A stretch of 64,000 nt of DNA from sequence record OK018184; one strand, written 5' to 3'. Under the pieces are notes generated by a model that was given only the letters and a program-made list of their open reading frames with translations, searched no databases and was not told where the DNA came from. The translations under genes were made by a program, and so were the position numbers. The DNA comes from Shigella phage CT01. This document shows, one piece after another, positions 1 to 8,807 of the stretch (positions are counted from its first letter, which is position 1; each line of letters opens with the position of its first letter).

Positions 1-1426
1 CTTTTTCACCTTGACTAAATGAAGCATAACTAAAATCTTCACGACCACGGGATTTAATTGTTTCATTAAATTCTTCATCTAATGTAAACACATAATCCGC
101 TTCCATTATTTTAAGATAATGGTTAATTTGCTTATTAAATAATGGAATGTACTTTTTAATAATAGCACCTTTAATACCAGAATCTTTGAGCATGTCAGTC
201 AAAATTCCTCTGTGGTATTTTTCCATTACTAAATTAGTTTTTGTCTTAACAATTTTATCAAGTTCTTCTTGAAGCAGTGCTATTTCATCAGCATGGTCAA
301 TAAACTCAGATGATGCTTTTTCTATAGCCGCTTTAACTTTTTTAGCTTTATCTACCGTCGTGATTAAGGATTGCTTTTTATTGCGAATATCATTTGCCAA
401 CGTCTGCTGGGTTTTAATATTATCTCGGTATTCATCAACAAGAACTTTTAAATTATCACGATGTGTTGAAAGCTGTTCAAACGAATGCGTGCATTCAGAA
501 ACTTTATCTTTAATTTTAGAAACAACTTTATCACCGGAACTTAATTGTGACAAACAGGTTGGACATAATCCACCTTCGTGATACATATTAATGACTTTAT
601 TATACGAGTCAATTTTTGATTTAATTAAAAATGCTTCTTGACCGATTTTATTAAATGCATCAGTCGGGTCTTCATCCAAAACAATATTAACTAATCTTTC
701 ATTAGCTTCTTCTATTTCCGATTTTAACGTTCTAGCTTCTTTTGCCAAATCATCATACATGTTCTGCAGACGAGTAAGGTTATCACCAGTTAATTTTTTC
801 TGGCGTTCAACGTTATCATTATATATTTTAATTTGTTGGATAATACTATCTTTTTTAACATCAAGCACTTGGTTTTGTGAATTTAATTCACGTATTAGTG
901 CTTTATTAAGCTTATCCATTTCAGCTAATGTTCCTACCTCGAGCAGGTCTTCCACAAGCTTTCTTCGCGCAGGGGTCGACAAACCCATGAAAGGGGTATA
1001 CCCTGCTGTACCAAGGACAACAATCTGCTTGAAACTGGCATATGACATTCCGATAAGCTGTTCAAATTCTGCTTGGAAATCTTTACTGCTGGCAGATTCA
1101 TTAAGACGTGTACCGTTAACGGTGATTTCGAAAACGTTTGGTTTTTGTCCTCTTTTGATATAGTACTTTTTCTCATCATATTCCATCCACAGTTCAACTA
1201 AAAGTTCTTTCTTATTTGTGCTGTTTATTAATTGGCCTTTCTTTACATCACGAAATGGCTTGCCAAAAAGCCCAAATGTGATGGCTTCTAACATAGTAGA
1301 CTTACCGCCGCCATTTCGCCCAGTAATAAGAGTTTTTTGAACCTTATCTAGTTGAATGTCAATAGGATTTCCACCTACTGACATTATATTTTGATACCTA
1401 ACTCGGTTTAGTTTAAAATTCTTCAC
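1..1426 (-). CDS. 46: gp46 recombination endonuclease subunit (Rad50/SbcC-like ATPase); C-terminal part lies beyond the window start
   Basis: Uninterrupted minus-strand frame from the window edge; N-terminus VKNFKLNRVRYQNIMSVGGNPIDIQLDKVQKTLITGRNGGGKST carries a Walker A motif; GTG at 1426 preceded by AGGAA, alternative ATG at 1385; adjacent to gp47 as in T-even phages. Confidence 0.8.
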   Translation of the reverse strand, partial: MKNFKLNRVRYQNIMSVGGNPIDIQLDKVQKTLITGRNGGGKSTMLEAITFGLFGKPFRDVKKGQLINSTNKKELLVELWMEYDEKKYYIKRGQKPNVFEITVNGTRLNESASSKDFQAEFEQLIGMSYASFKQIVVLGTAGYTPFMGLSTPARRKLVEDLLEVGTLAEMDKLNKALIRELNSQNQVLDVKKDSIIQQIKIYNDNVERQKKLTGDNLTRLQNMYDDLAKEARTLKSEIEEANERLVNIVLDEDPTDAFNKIGQEAFLIKSKIDSYNKVINMYHEGGLCPTCLSQLSSGDKVVSKIKDKVSECTHSFEQLSTHRDNLKVLVDEYRDNIKTQQTLANDIRNKKQSLITTVDKAKKVKAAIEKASSEFIDHADEIALLQEELDKIVKTKTNLVMEKYHRGILTDMLKDSGIKGAIIKKYIPLFNKQINHYLKIMEADYVFTLDEEFNETIKSRGREDFSYASFSQGEK

Positions 1427-1686
1427 AAAAGATTCCTTTTAATGTATCTTTTAGACCATTCTATCATATCATCATAATCTAAAAAGTATTCATCAAATTC
1501 AGCCATGCAAACAACACCTTGTGCTGCTTTTGATGTGATATAAATTATTCCAACATATCTAGAATCTTCTTCGGTGTAATCAATATTTGCTATGAATTCA
1601 TCATTAATGTCAAATGTCGAAAACTTCACAGTATGCATCCTTAATACAAGATACAGCCATATCTTGTAATGATTTAGGTGTGTCAT
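1423..1686 (-). CDS. hypothetical protein; probably the downstream half of a frameshifted ORF
   Basis: 87-aa track ORF that overlaps 1610..1873 in another frame; the two frames rejoin if 7 nt at a GACATT-T-GACATT repeat are removed. Confidence 0.3.
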   Translation of the reverse strand: MTHLNHYKIWLYLVLRMHTVKFSTFDINDEFIANIDYTEEDSRYVGIIYITSKAAQGVVCMAEFDEYFLDYDDMIEWSKRYIKRNLL

Positions 1687-1873
1687 TATCTAAAATGTTG
1701 AAGTTAAAAGATACAGCCCAGTCAGTGCAGACCGTGACCTTTTTAATACAATTATCTTCAACCTCTAACGGTTCAAACCAGTATTCAATAATTTCTTTAT
1801 GCCCAATATCATCTTTTACTTCGCATTCAAAATGCTGACACATCATAACATTTTTAAATTCATCAAAAGTCAT
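1610..1873 (-). CDS. hypothetical protein; probably the upstream half of a frameshifted ORF
   Basis: 87-aa ORF whose ATG overlaps the gp47 stop (ATGA); it ends at a TGA created within the GACATT repeat. Confidence 0.4.
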   Translation of the reverse strand: MTFDEFKNVMMCQHFECEVKDDIGHKEIIEYWFEPLEVEDNCIKKVTVCTDWAVSFNFNILDNDTPKSLQDMAVSCIKDAYCEVFDI

Positions 1874-2889
1874 TGTGTTGCCTCTACATATAACTGATTT
1901 GCATATTGAATAAGTGCTTCACGGTCAGAATCAGTGATGTCTGGAATTGCATTAATGTATTCTTCCATCAATGTCTGAAGAGATTGAACTTCAACTTCTT
2001 CACTATCATCTGACTCGACAGAGTTATCAATCTTTGACACAACTCGTAATGAATGCACAACTTTTTCTAGTTCAGATTCGAACTTCGTTAGATTTTTGTC
2101 TACCTCAGTTACTATAACACGTACTGATAGATTTGTAAAATCTTTATAGTCAATTTTTCCCTTAAATGGATATTGAATTCGACGATGCCAGGTAGTGTTG
2201 TTTGGAATAAATTCCATTCGTTCTGTTTCTGTATCAAACATCCAGAACCCGCGAGGGTCATTCTCGTCACCTGCAGTTAGTGTCCATGGTGTCCCAATAT
2301 ATCTGACGTTAGCAGCCTCAGAGATAGTATGGAAGTGACCAGACCACACTTCCTTATAAGTCTTAAGGAAATCAGGTTCAAGGCCATGAGATTTCATTCC
2401 TTTATAAAAATAAAATCCATTCAGCTCCCAGTGACCGACACAGAAGGAAGCAGATGAAGTTTTGATGTGTTCAAGAATTTCACCAGTATTTTCTTCACAC
2501 ATCCAAGGAATTAAATCAATCAAACATCCGTCAAAATCTACTGTAGTAGGCTTATCATATACTTTAACATTAGGATATTTAGCCAAAAGCTCAGTAGAAG
2601 CATTTGGAGTTAAAGTATTTTTAAAGTGCATATCATGGTTTCCTACAACAGTATGTAGGGTAATACCAGCATCATCAAGCATTTGAACTATTTCACGTGC
2701 GAACTCCATAGTTTTATGCGTGATTGCTTTTCGCACATCAAAAATATCACCGTATTGAATCCATGTAGTAATTCCATTTTTCTTAGAATATTCTATTGCT
2801 TGTTTAATTCCATCCAACTGAATGGATTGAATCCACTCATCATCGGCTTTAACACCTAAATGCCAATCACCTAAATTTAAAATTTTCAT
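1870..2889 (-). CDS. 47: gp47 recombination endonuclease subunit (Mre11/SbcD-like phosphoesterase)
   Basis: 339 aa with calcineurin-like phosphoesterase motifs GDWHLG, GDIFD, GNHD, GHFH; position between gp46 and a-gt. Confidence 0.9.
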   Translation of the reverse strand: MKILNLGDWHLGVKADDEWIQSIQLDGIKQAIEYSKKNGITTWIQYGDIFDVRKAITHKTMEFAREIVQMLDDAGITLHTVVGNHDMHFKNTLTPNASTELLAKYPNVKVYDKPTTVDFDGCLIDLIPWMCEENTGEILEHIKTSSASFCVGHWELNGFYFYKGMKSHGLEPDFLKTYKEVWSGHFHTISEAANVRYIGTPWTLTAGDENDPRGFWMFDTETERMEFIPNNTTWHRRIQYPFKGKIDYKDFTNLSVRVIVTEVDKNLTKFESELEKVVHSLRVVSKIDNSVESDDSEEVEVQSLQTLMEEYINAIPDITDSDREALIQYANQLYVEATQ

Positions 2890-3044
2890 ATATCAAGAAC
2901 CGTCATTGAAATGCAAAATAAAATTATTGAAATAAATCCATCTGGAGTGCTAAAGAACCCAATCCAACACGCTCTAGTGAATAGATAAAACGCTAGAAAA
3001 AGTATCACATATCCAAGAAATATCATTATATCAAACTCCGTATA

Positions 3045-3068
3045 AAGCTAAAGGGCCGAAGCCCTTTA
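3045..3068 (-). terminator. hairpin terminator downstream of a-gt
   Basis: AGGGC-CGAA-GCCCT stem-loop at the a-gt stop codon, followed on the minus strand by a U-rich run. Confidence 0.45.
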
Positions 3069-4268
3069 TTTTGTAATAATGTCAAACTGTTCTTTAAAGC
3101 AGAAGCTTGAATCTTGATGCTGATACAAAAATTCATAAGCTTTTTCGCGTTCACGGTCATAAAGAGCTCGGTCAGATGACAGTTCTTTAATACGCCCAAA
3201 TGTTGATTCCATGTCATTTTCATCAAACCAAACGATACCGCTATCATGAGAAATTAACGGAGTATTATCAACACGGAATTTTAAATTTTCACCAGTAGAT
3301 TTCCAAAATACTGGAATTGTTCCGCATGCACCAAGCTCGAGATGAGTGTATTCTAAAGAACGTTGTAGATATTTTTTATCTAATTTACTCAGCTGATAAC
3401 CAAATCCGGATTTACTCATACGTTCAAGCATTTCGCTATTTACATAACGGTCGAGAATTTGCGTTGGCAAATTAGGAGCAATTTTAATTTGGTCTACCTG
3501 ATGAAGACGATAATACTCGTATGGAATTCCTTTTTCTTTAATAGGAATGAATGCTGGAGAACGTTCCAGACCTTCCATAATAGTACTTAGTCCTGCAGGT
3601 TTAAGATGTTTTTCATGAAAATCAAACATCTGATAAAAGCCTTTCCATGTAGTAGTACGACCAATCCAACGGTTGATATTCATGTTAATTTCAGAAACAT
3701 CTTTCCAGTAGGTTGATCGAACCTTCGCAATATCCATAGGAGGCTGAAAGTTGTATACGGTCGGTGCTTCTTCAATATCATCAAACAGAGAAACTGTTTC
3801 TGGATACCATTCTTTCATCAGAACTTTATTAAAGTCACCATTATCAGAATGGCTAAAAATAACATCAGCTCGACGAACAGTTTCTTCTAATCCCAAATTT
3901 CGGCGTAAAGAAAGAGAAGAATGGTCATGCTGGTAAACTACAACACGAACCGAAGGTTTAATGTTATCAATAATTTTTTTATAGTTATTAATGGTGTCTT
4001 CTTCTACTGAAGTAGCAGGAACTGAATTGATAATTAGAATATCACAATCATTTACCAGCTTAAGGGTTTTATCGTATTCTTTTGCCAATAAAACTGGAAT
4101 TGAAAATGATTTATAATCATGCGCGCAATTACGAGTAAATGATTTATCTTTAGCATAAACCAAAGTTACTTCATGACCATTTTTAATAAACCAATCACGT
4201 TGCTCAAGAGAAAATTTAGTTACGCCACAACCTTCAAGACCTCGAGCCATAAAAATGCATACTTTCAT
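3066..4268 (-). CDS. a-gt: DNA alpha-glucosyltransferase (glucosylation of hydroxymethylcytosine)
   Basis: 400-aa ORF starting MKVCIFMARGLEGCGVTKFSLEQRDWFIKNGHEVTLVYAKD, matching T4 alpha-glucosyltransferase in length and sequence as recalled. Confidence 0.8.
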   Translation of the reverse strand: MKVCIFMARGLEGCGVTKFSLEQRDWFIKNGHEVTLVYAKDKSFTRNCAHDYKSFSIPVLLAKEYDKTLKLVNDCDILIINSVPATSVEEDTINNYKKIIDNIKPSVRVVVYQHDHSSLSLRRNLGLEETVRRADVIFSHSDNGDFNKVLMKEWYPETVSLFDDIEEAPTVYNFQPPMDIAKVRSTYWKDVSEINMNINRWIGRTTTWKGFYQMFDFHEKHLKPAGLSTIMEGLERSPAFIPIKEKGIPYEYYRLHQVDQIKIAPNLPTQILDRYVNSEMLERMSKSGFGYQLSKLDKKYLQRSLEYTHLELGACGTIPVFWKSTGENLKFRVDNTPLISHDSGIVWFDENDMESTFGRIKELSSDRALYDREREKAYEFLYQHQDSSFCFKEQFDIITK

Positions 4269-4304
4269 TTAATATCCTCATTGTTTTGGTTTATTTTACC
4301 AAAA

Positions 4305-4336
4305 ATTTATAAAGCAATATAGGAGCCGAAGCTCCT
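4305..4336 (-). terminator. hairpin terminator
   Basis: GGAGC-CGAA-GCTCC stem-loop followed on the minus strand by a U-rich tract. Confidence 0.45.
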
Positions 4337-4508
4337 ATCCGCATAATACACCATACAGAGGCTCATTAGAGCTTCTAAATTTTATACGTTTATGTGTTAT
4401 AGTTCCTTCTGCTTTAGCTTTATCATGAGACTCTTTAAAGCGTCTCATCATTTCTACTTTAGAGGAACGAATTTTATTATAATCTATTTCACAAGTCTGG
4501 GCGTTCAT
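4335..4508 (-). CDS. small hypothetical protein (57 aa), not in the ORF track
   Basis: ATG at 4508, hand-translated MNAQTCEIDYNKIRSSKVEMMRRFKESHDKAKAEGTITHKRIKFRSSNEPLYGVLCG, ending at the terminator hairpin; no strong RBS. Confidence 0.3.
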   Translation of the reverse strand: MNAQTCEIDYNKIRSSKVEMMRRFKESHDKAKAEGTITHKRIKFRSSNEPLYGVLCG

Positions 4509-4511
4509 CTT

Positions 4512-4718
4512 TCACAGTTGCCACCATTTTTTGACTTGATAAGAATCAACCCACACTTTCATATTAGGGTCTGCTCTTACAATAGGAGGATTAACTTCTT
4601 TAATTGAACTATCATGGTATTCTTTTTCAGAAATTTTCACACAAAGATGACCATTCAAAGATTCAGTAAATCCTGCATTAATTTTAAGACGCTTGAATTT
4701 TACGTGTGTAAGCATCAA
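4512..4718 (-). CDS. hypothetical protein
   Basis: 68-aa track ORF overlapping its upstream neighbour by 35 nt; weak. Confidence 0.25.
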   Translation of the reverse strand: MMLTHVKFKRLKINAGFTESLNGHLCVKISEKEYHDSSIKEVNPPIVRADPNMKVWVDSYQVKKWWQL

Positions 4719-5001
4719 TCATATCCTCAATCTGCGATCTAGTAGTCTTCCAAAGAATACTAATGAGTTCATCGTTATATGGCTGTTTTAGAATATCCCG
4801 ACTTTTCTTGATAGCATATTCGTATTGAGCAAAATTATTGTTTTCAGCTGCAATCTGAGCGTGTTTATAAAGACGGTTCAGTTCGCGTTTATTTTTAGAC
4901 AATAACTTATTTGCTTTTCTTTCTGCTTCAAGACGGTTCTTTTCTTCAATAGAAGAAATAAGCTTTTCCACTTCATCATTAATTTCGGGTTTATCAGTCA
5001 T
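4684..5001 (-). CDS. hypothetical early protein
   Basis: 105-aa ORF in the early-gene orientation between a-gt and gp55. Confidence 0.5.
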   Translation of the reverse strand: MTDKPEINDEVEKLISSIEEKNRLEAERKANKLLSKNKRELNRLYKHAQIAAENNNFAQYEYAIKKSRDILKQPYNDELISILWKTTRSQIEDMIDAYTRKIQAS

Positions 5002-5002
5002 A

Positions 5003-5221
5003 TTATTTCTCTAATATAAAATAAAAATCATCATCTGTTAAATGATACCGATAGTTTAATTCTACACCATTAGATTTAAAAGCGGTATCATACGGATTTT
5101 CTGGATCAATATCAATGTCAAGAGCTAAAACTTCCCTGAGATACATTTTAAGTAAATAGGGAATAGCTTCAACTTCAGGTATTTCTTCCAAGAATCCGGA
5201 GAGGTTAATCGTTAGCCTCAT
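5003..5221 (-). CDS. hypothetical early protein
   Basis: 72-aa ORF immediately downstream of gp55. Confidence 0.45.
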
Positions 5222-5762
5222 ATAAAAAATCCAAACTAGGAGAATCGTCTACAACACTTTTCTTTTCAGCCCCCGGTGTTCTATAGGTTGATTCTTCGTA
5301 ATGCGTCATTTTATCGTAGATGTCTTGAATAAAAGTTTCATCTACTAACGCAACCATATCGTCGTCACGACTGTCATAGACATTGTGAACGAAGTAACTA
5401 TATTTCTTTGCAACTTCCTTACGTTCTTTTTTAATACGTTGGACGAATGCATTAAAACAAGCTTGAGTTATATATGCATGCGGGTTTTTATATTTCGTTT
5501 CATCAAAATTATGAAGCCCCTTAATAGAAGCTTCTATACCATCTGCAATCATTTCTTGTTTCCAAGATTGGGTGTATCCTGAAAAGTTGAAACGTTTAGA
5601 TAAGCCTTCTGCAATAAGCATAATGGCTAATCCGATAGTATCATTCTGACGAACTACTTTATTTGGGTCTTTATTATTTGCTAATTCTGTTTTCCAATCA
5701 ATAATAGCTTGTAAAAGCTCTTTATTGTTTACGTAATTATATTTAGGCTTAGTTTCTGACAT
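5205..5762 (-). CDS. 55: gp55 sigma factor for late transcription
   Basis: Protein [33 protein letters not shown]... of 185 aa from the ATG at 5762 (track ORF extends to a GTG at 5768); matches T4 gp55 as recalled. Confidence 0.85.
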
Positions 5763-5840
5763 TTTCACCTCTTAGCTCAATTCATAGATCTATTATATCA
5801 TAATATTTGAAGATCTATCTTAAAGCATAGAGGATATCAG

Positions 5841-6110
5841 TTATCTAAGTAAGCAGTATGCTTGGAATACTTTCTCCATCATCTTTTTAAATTCATGAAT
5901 ATCTATGTAATGACTAGTTAAATCAGCATGATATAAAAAGTCTAAAAACTTTTCATGTGTGCTAACATATTCGCTTTCATTTAATTCAGAAACATGGCTT
6001 TCCCAATATCCAACACCAGTCTTATTTGGGAAAAATGAAATTTTCATGTATTGGTCAACATAGAAAATTCCATAATTTTCAATAGTAATAGAAATATTAA
6101 TAAATTTCAT
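5841..6110 (-). CDS. hypothetical protein
   Basis: 89-aa ORF, last of three translationally coupled small ORFs. Confidence 0.45.
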   Translation of the reverse strand: MKFINISITIENYGIFYVDQYMKISFFPNKTGVGYWESHVSELNESEYVSTHEKFLDFLYHADLTSHYIDIHEFKKMMEKVFQAYCLLR

Positions 6111-6328
6111 GCATTCATCAACTTAGCCGCTTCAAGAGCTGCATCTAGTGAATCAAATTGATCGACATATTCAATCAGTTTGCCGTAATTAGCGTATAAC
6201 CACCATTGGCTAAATTCATACTCAAGGATGAATCCATTTCCTTCAATTTGAGTTAAACCAATGCCATTTGTATTTACTTCATATCCGGCAAGACGTAAAT
6301 CGTTAATAAGAGCTTCGTTCATATTCAT
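6107..6328 (-). CDS. hypothetical protein
   Basis: 73-aa ORF with 4-nt overlaps to both neighbours. Confidence 0.45.
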   Translation of the reverse strand: MNMNEALINDLRLAGYEVNTNGIGLTQIEGNGFILEYEFSQWWLYANYGKLIEYVDQFDSLDAALEAAKLMNA

Positions 6329-6651
6329 ACCTTAGCAATTTTCAGGTCAGCAAATTTTTTCTTGCGTTGATTTTTCATACGACGAATAGTTTTATCGGAA
6401 ATTTCATGTTTTTGATAAGCTTTAGATTCTACACCAAAAGCTTTAACATCAAATTCTGACAAGATATATTGAACCAACAATTCACGGACAGTATTTCGTC
6501 CAATCTTCTGATCATTCTGTTTCATCATCTGATGAAGCTCTTTTTCCCATTTATCCAAAATTTGAGGAGTTACAATATCGCCTTTTTCTAGCAAAGAAAC
6601 TACTTTATCATATGCGTAAGAATTGATGGCGTTTTTAATTTGAATAGTCAT
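6325..6651 (-). CDS. hypothetical protein
   Basis: 108-aa ORF with a basic C-terminus. Confidence 0.5.
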   Translation of the reverse strand: MTIQIKNAINSYAYDKVVSLLEKGDIVTPQILDKWEKELHQMMKQNDQKIGRNTVRELLVQYILSEFDVKAFGVESKAYQKHEISDKTIRRMKNQRKKKFADLKIAKV

Positions 6652-6685
6652 ACATTATCCTCAATTACATTAAAATTTTATTATC

Positions 6686-6706
6686 CAAAAAGGGCCGAAG
6701 CCCTTA
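6686..6706 (-). terminator. hairpin terminator
   Basis: AAGGGC-CGAA-GCCCTT stem-loop followed on the minus strand by UUUUGG and an AU-rich run. Confidence 0.55.
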
Positions 6707-6904
6707 GCTAAACTTTTTGGCACCCTTCCAGCCTTCGTACATCATTGCGGCTGATATTAATATTGCCCCTGAACAGCTTGAATATTTGTGATTCCAAAAC
6801 CAGTTCAGAAAAACTTCGTCATCAATACCTTGAGCTATCATATTTTCAAAGAACTGGCGACGAGCTTCAGCAATTCGTTGCGATAATTTAGATTCAGGAT
6901 TCAT
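6704..6904 (-). CDS. hypothetical protein
   Basis: 66-aa track ORF. Confidence 0.4.
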   Translation of the reverse strand: MNPESKLSQRIAEARRQFFENMIAQGIDDEVFLNWFWNHKYSSCSGAILISAAMMYEGWKGAKKFS

Positions 6905-7036
6905 TTAAATTTTCCAGTTACCGTTTTCATCAATGAATTTAATCCAGTCATTTACTGACCACTTGGTCGTATCGCCTTTTGGAGCAACATTTAAAGTGTA
7001 TAATCCTTGTTTAAAAAGCATGCGTTTGATATTCAT
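6905..7036 (-). CDS. small hypothetical protein (43 aa)
   Basis: ATG at 7036 preceded by GAGGAAAA; the track ORF 6905..7120 is a TTG-extended version. Confidence 0.35.
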   Translation of the reverse strand: MNIKRMLFKQGLYTLNVAPKGDTTKWSVNDWIKFIDENGNWKI

Positions 7037-7043
7037 ATTTTCC

Positions 7044-7337
7044 TCAGCTGTAACGATAGCACTCGTTTGATTTACGCTTAGCAACTCGTTGAGAAGTATT
7101 ATAATCAAAATCATCGTCAATGTAAACTGATTTTTTCAACTTTCTTACTTCACTACGCAATTGACGATTTAGCTCATCTTTAACTTCTGAATCAATGCCT
7201 TTCATTCTACGCCATTTATCAGAGCGAAAAATGTTTTCAACCATATCTTTATGACTTACACCATCAGGAGCTTTACGCTTTCCGAAATAGTCATAATCAC
7301 GTACTTTTAAATCTTTACGACGATACGTTTTACCCAT
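7044..7337 (-). CDS. hypothetical basic protein
   Basis: ATG at 7337 preceded by AAGGAA; lysine/arginine-rich product; the track ORF extends to a GTG at 7382. Confidence 0.4.
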   Translation of the reverse strand: MGKTYRRKDLKVRDYDYFGKRKAPDGVSHKDMVENIFRSDKWRRMKGIDSEVKDELNRQLRSEVRKLKKSVYIDDDFDYNTSQRVAKRKSNECYRYS

Positions 7338-7534
7338 GGAGTTTAATTTCCTTAGCAACTGAACTAAATACAGCACGGTCACAAATCATGTGTTTGTTCC
7401 ATTTAAGTACAGTATAATGAACATCTAGATCATCTACTGCTGTAACAATAACAATATGTCCGTTAACACGATAATACTGATCCCTTTTAATCTCTTTATC
7501 AACCATATCAAATCCTCAAAGGCAATTCATATGT

Positions 7535-7568
7535 TAATAATACCACAGTTTGAACTTCTTGTAAACAA
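7535..7568 (-). promoter_or_regulatory. T4 early-type promoter candidate
   Basis: Minus strand reads GTTTAC, an 18-nt spacer, then TATTAT. Confidence 0.4.
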
Positions 7569-7640
7569 CTTTGTGAAAATTATTTTAGGGAATGATAAGA
7601 AGCGAATGATAGTTAGAATGGTAATATACAGAATGTGAGA

Positions 7641-7664
7641 AAGAAAGGCCCAGAGGGCCCGTCT
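7641..7664 (-). terminator. hairpin terminator downstream of nrdH
   Basis: GGCCC/GGGCC stem-loop followed on the minus strand by a U-rich tract. Confidence 0.45.
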
Positions 7665-7987
7665 TAGTCTTCTATGATATCTCTATCATATCCAAGTGAA
7701 ATGAGAGTTTCTTTGAAGTGTTTAATGTTCTTTTGTCTAGAATCATTGATGAAAATGACTGGATAACGAATGTTAAGAGATGTAAATCCAGCGCGTTTAG
7801 CAAGAGATACAATCAGTGGACGATCATACTCAATCTTACCATTATTTGTAAGAACTTTATAGAAAGTAAAAGGAGCATTGAGCTCCTTTAGAAGTTTTGT
7901 AACTGATTGACATCCAGGACAACGACCTACTTCTTCGGGGATGCCATAGATTTCAATCTTATTCTTTAAGTTCGAGTTTTGTTCCAC
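7664..7987 (-). CDS. nrdH: glutaredoxin-like protein NrdH
   Basis: 107 aa with a CPGC redox motif; sits upstream of nrdG and nrdD. Confidence 0.6.
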   Translation of the reverse strand: MEQNSNLKNKIEIYGIPEEVGRCPGCQSVTKLLKELNAPFTFYKVLTNNGKIEYDRPLIVSLAKRAGFTSLNIRYPVIFINDSRQKNIKHFKETLISLGYDRDIIED

Positions 7988-8246
7988 GAGAAATAATTCC
8001 TTGATAAGCCCAGTATGGCGGGTTAACAGAATTCAGTTTGTTAGTAATTTTATCCAGACGCTCATTGAATTCGCTAGAAGATAAGCCTTTTTCTGGAGAA
8101 ATTAAGCTAATCACGAAAAATATAGCAATAAAAGGAATAAGGAAAATAGCTCCAACTGCCATAAACAAAAAGAACGTTACAGTTGTAAGAAAATCAGCTA
8201 AACCTTTACGAAATTTATACATATTTACCCTTAATTGATTAACCAA
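7959..8246 (-). CDS. hypothetical membrane protein
   Basis: 95 aa with a hydrophobic segment FLTTVTFFLFMAVGAIFLIPFIAIFFVISLI. Confidence 0.4.
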   Translation of the reverse strand: MVNQLRVNMYKFRKGLADFLTTVTFFLFMAVGAIFLIPFIAIFFVISLISPEKGLSSSEFNERLDKITNKLNSVNPPYWAYQGIISRGTKLELKE

Positions 8247-8336
8247 GCATTGATAAGTACTAAACTATACTGCGAATAAAATTCTGGACCAAAATGAAAA
8301 ATCATATCATTTATAGTATCAATAATATAATTCAAT

Positions 8337-8807
8337 TTAATCATGTTTCCACACCCCATCGGTATTTGACCAAAGTCGCTGATTATCTGAACCTCGCCAC
8401 AGCTTTTTGGTCGGAAGATTTTTCTCATACTTCCCATCAATAATAACATCAACATATTTAAGCATTTCTAGTTGTTTAATATCTTCAAACTTGTATCCTG
8501 TCCACAACCAAATGCTTTTATTGGGATAAAGATTTTTTACTGTTTGAACGATGCAATGAATAACATCTCGGTTATCAGGATAGAGAGGGTCTCCTCCAGT
8601 TATAGTTAATCCTTCTATATAATCATTATTCAAACATTCAATTAATTGCTCTAGTGTTTCACCGGTGAATGGAACGCCATTTCTAGCATTCCATGTTGAT
8701 TTATTATAACATCCTTCACATTTATGCAAACACCCCGTAACGAAAAGAACGACCCTGCATCCAGGGCCATTCACAAAATCACAGGGATAAAATCTATCGT
8801 AATTCAT
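8337..8807 (-). CDS. nrdG: anaerobic ribonucleotide reductase activating protein (radical SAM)
   Basis: 156 aa with the radical-SAM cysteine triad CLHKCEGC; 4-nt overlap with the nrdD stop. Confidence 0.85.
   Translation of the reverse strand: MNYDRFYPCDFVNGPGCRVVLFVTGCLHKCEGCYNKSTWNARNGVPFTGETLEQLIECLNNDYIEGLTITGGDPLYPDNRDVIHCIVQTVKNLYPNKSIWLWTGYKFEDIKQLEMLKYVDVIIDGKYEKNLPTKKLWRGSDNQRLWSNTDGVWKHD

Noticed and set aside
759-1197. Plus- and minus-strand ORFs inside the gp46 coding region
   Set aside because: Both overlap the long open gp46 frame; the minus-strand one is in a different frame. Judged spurious.
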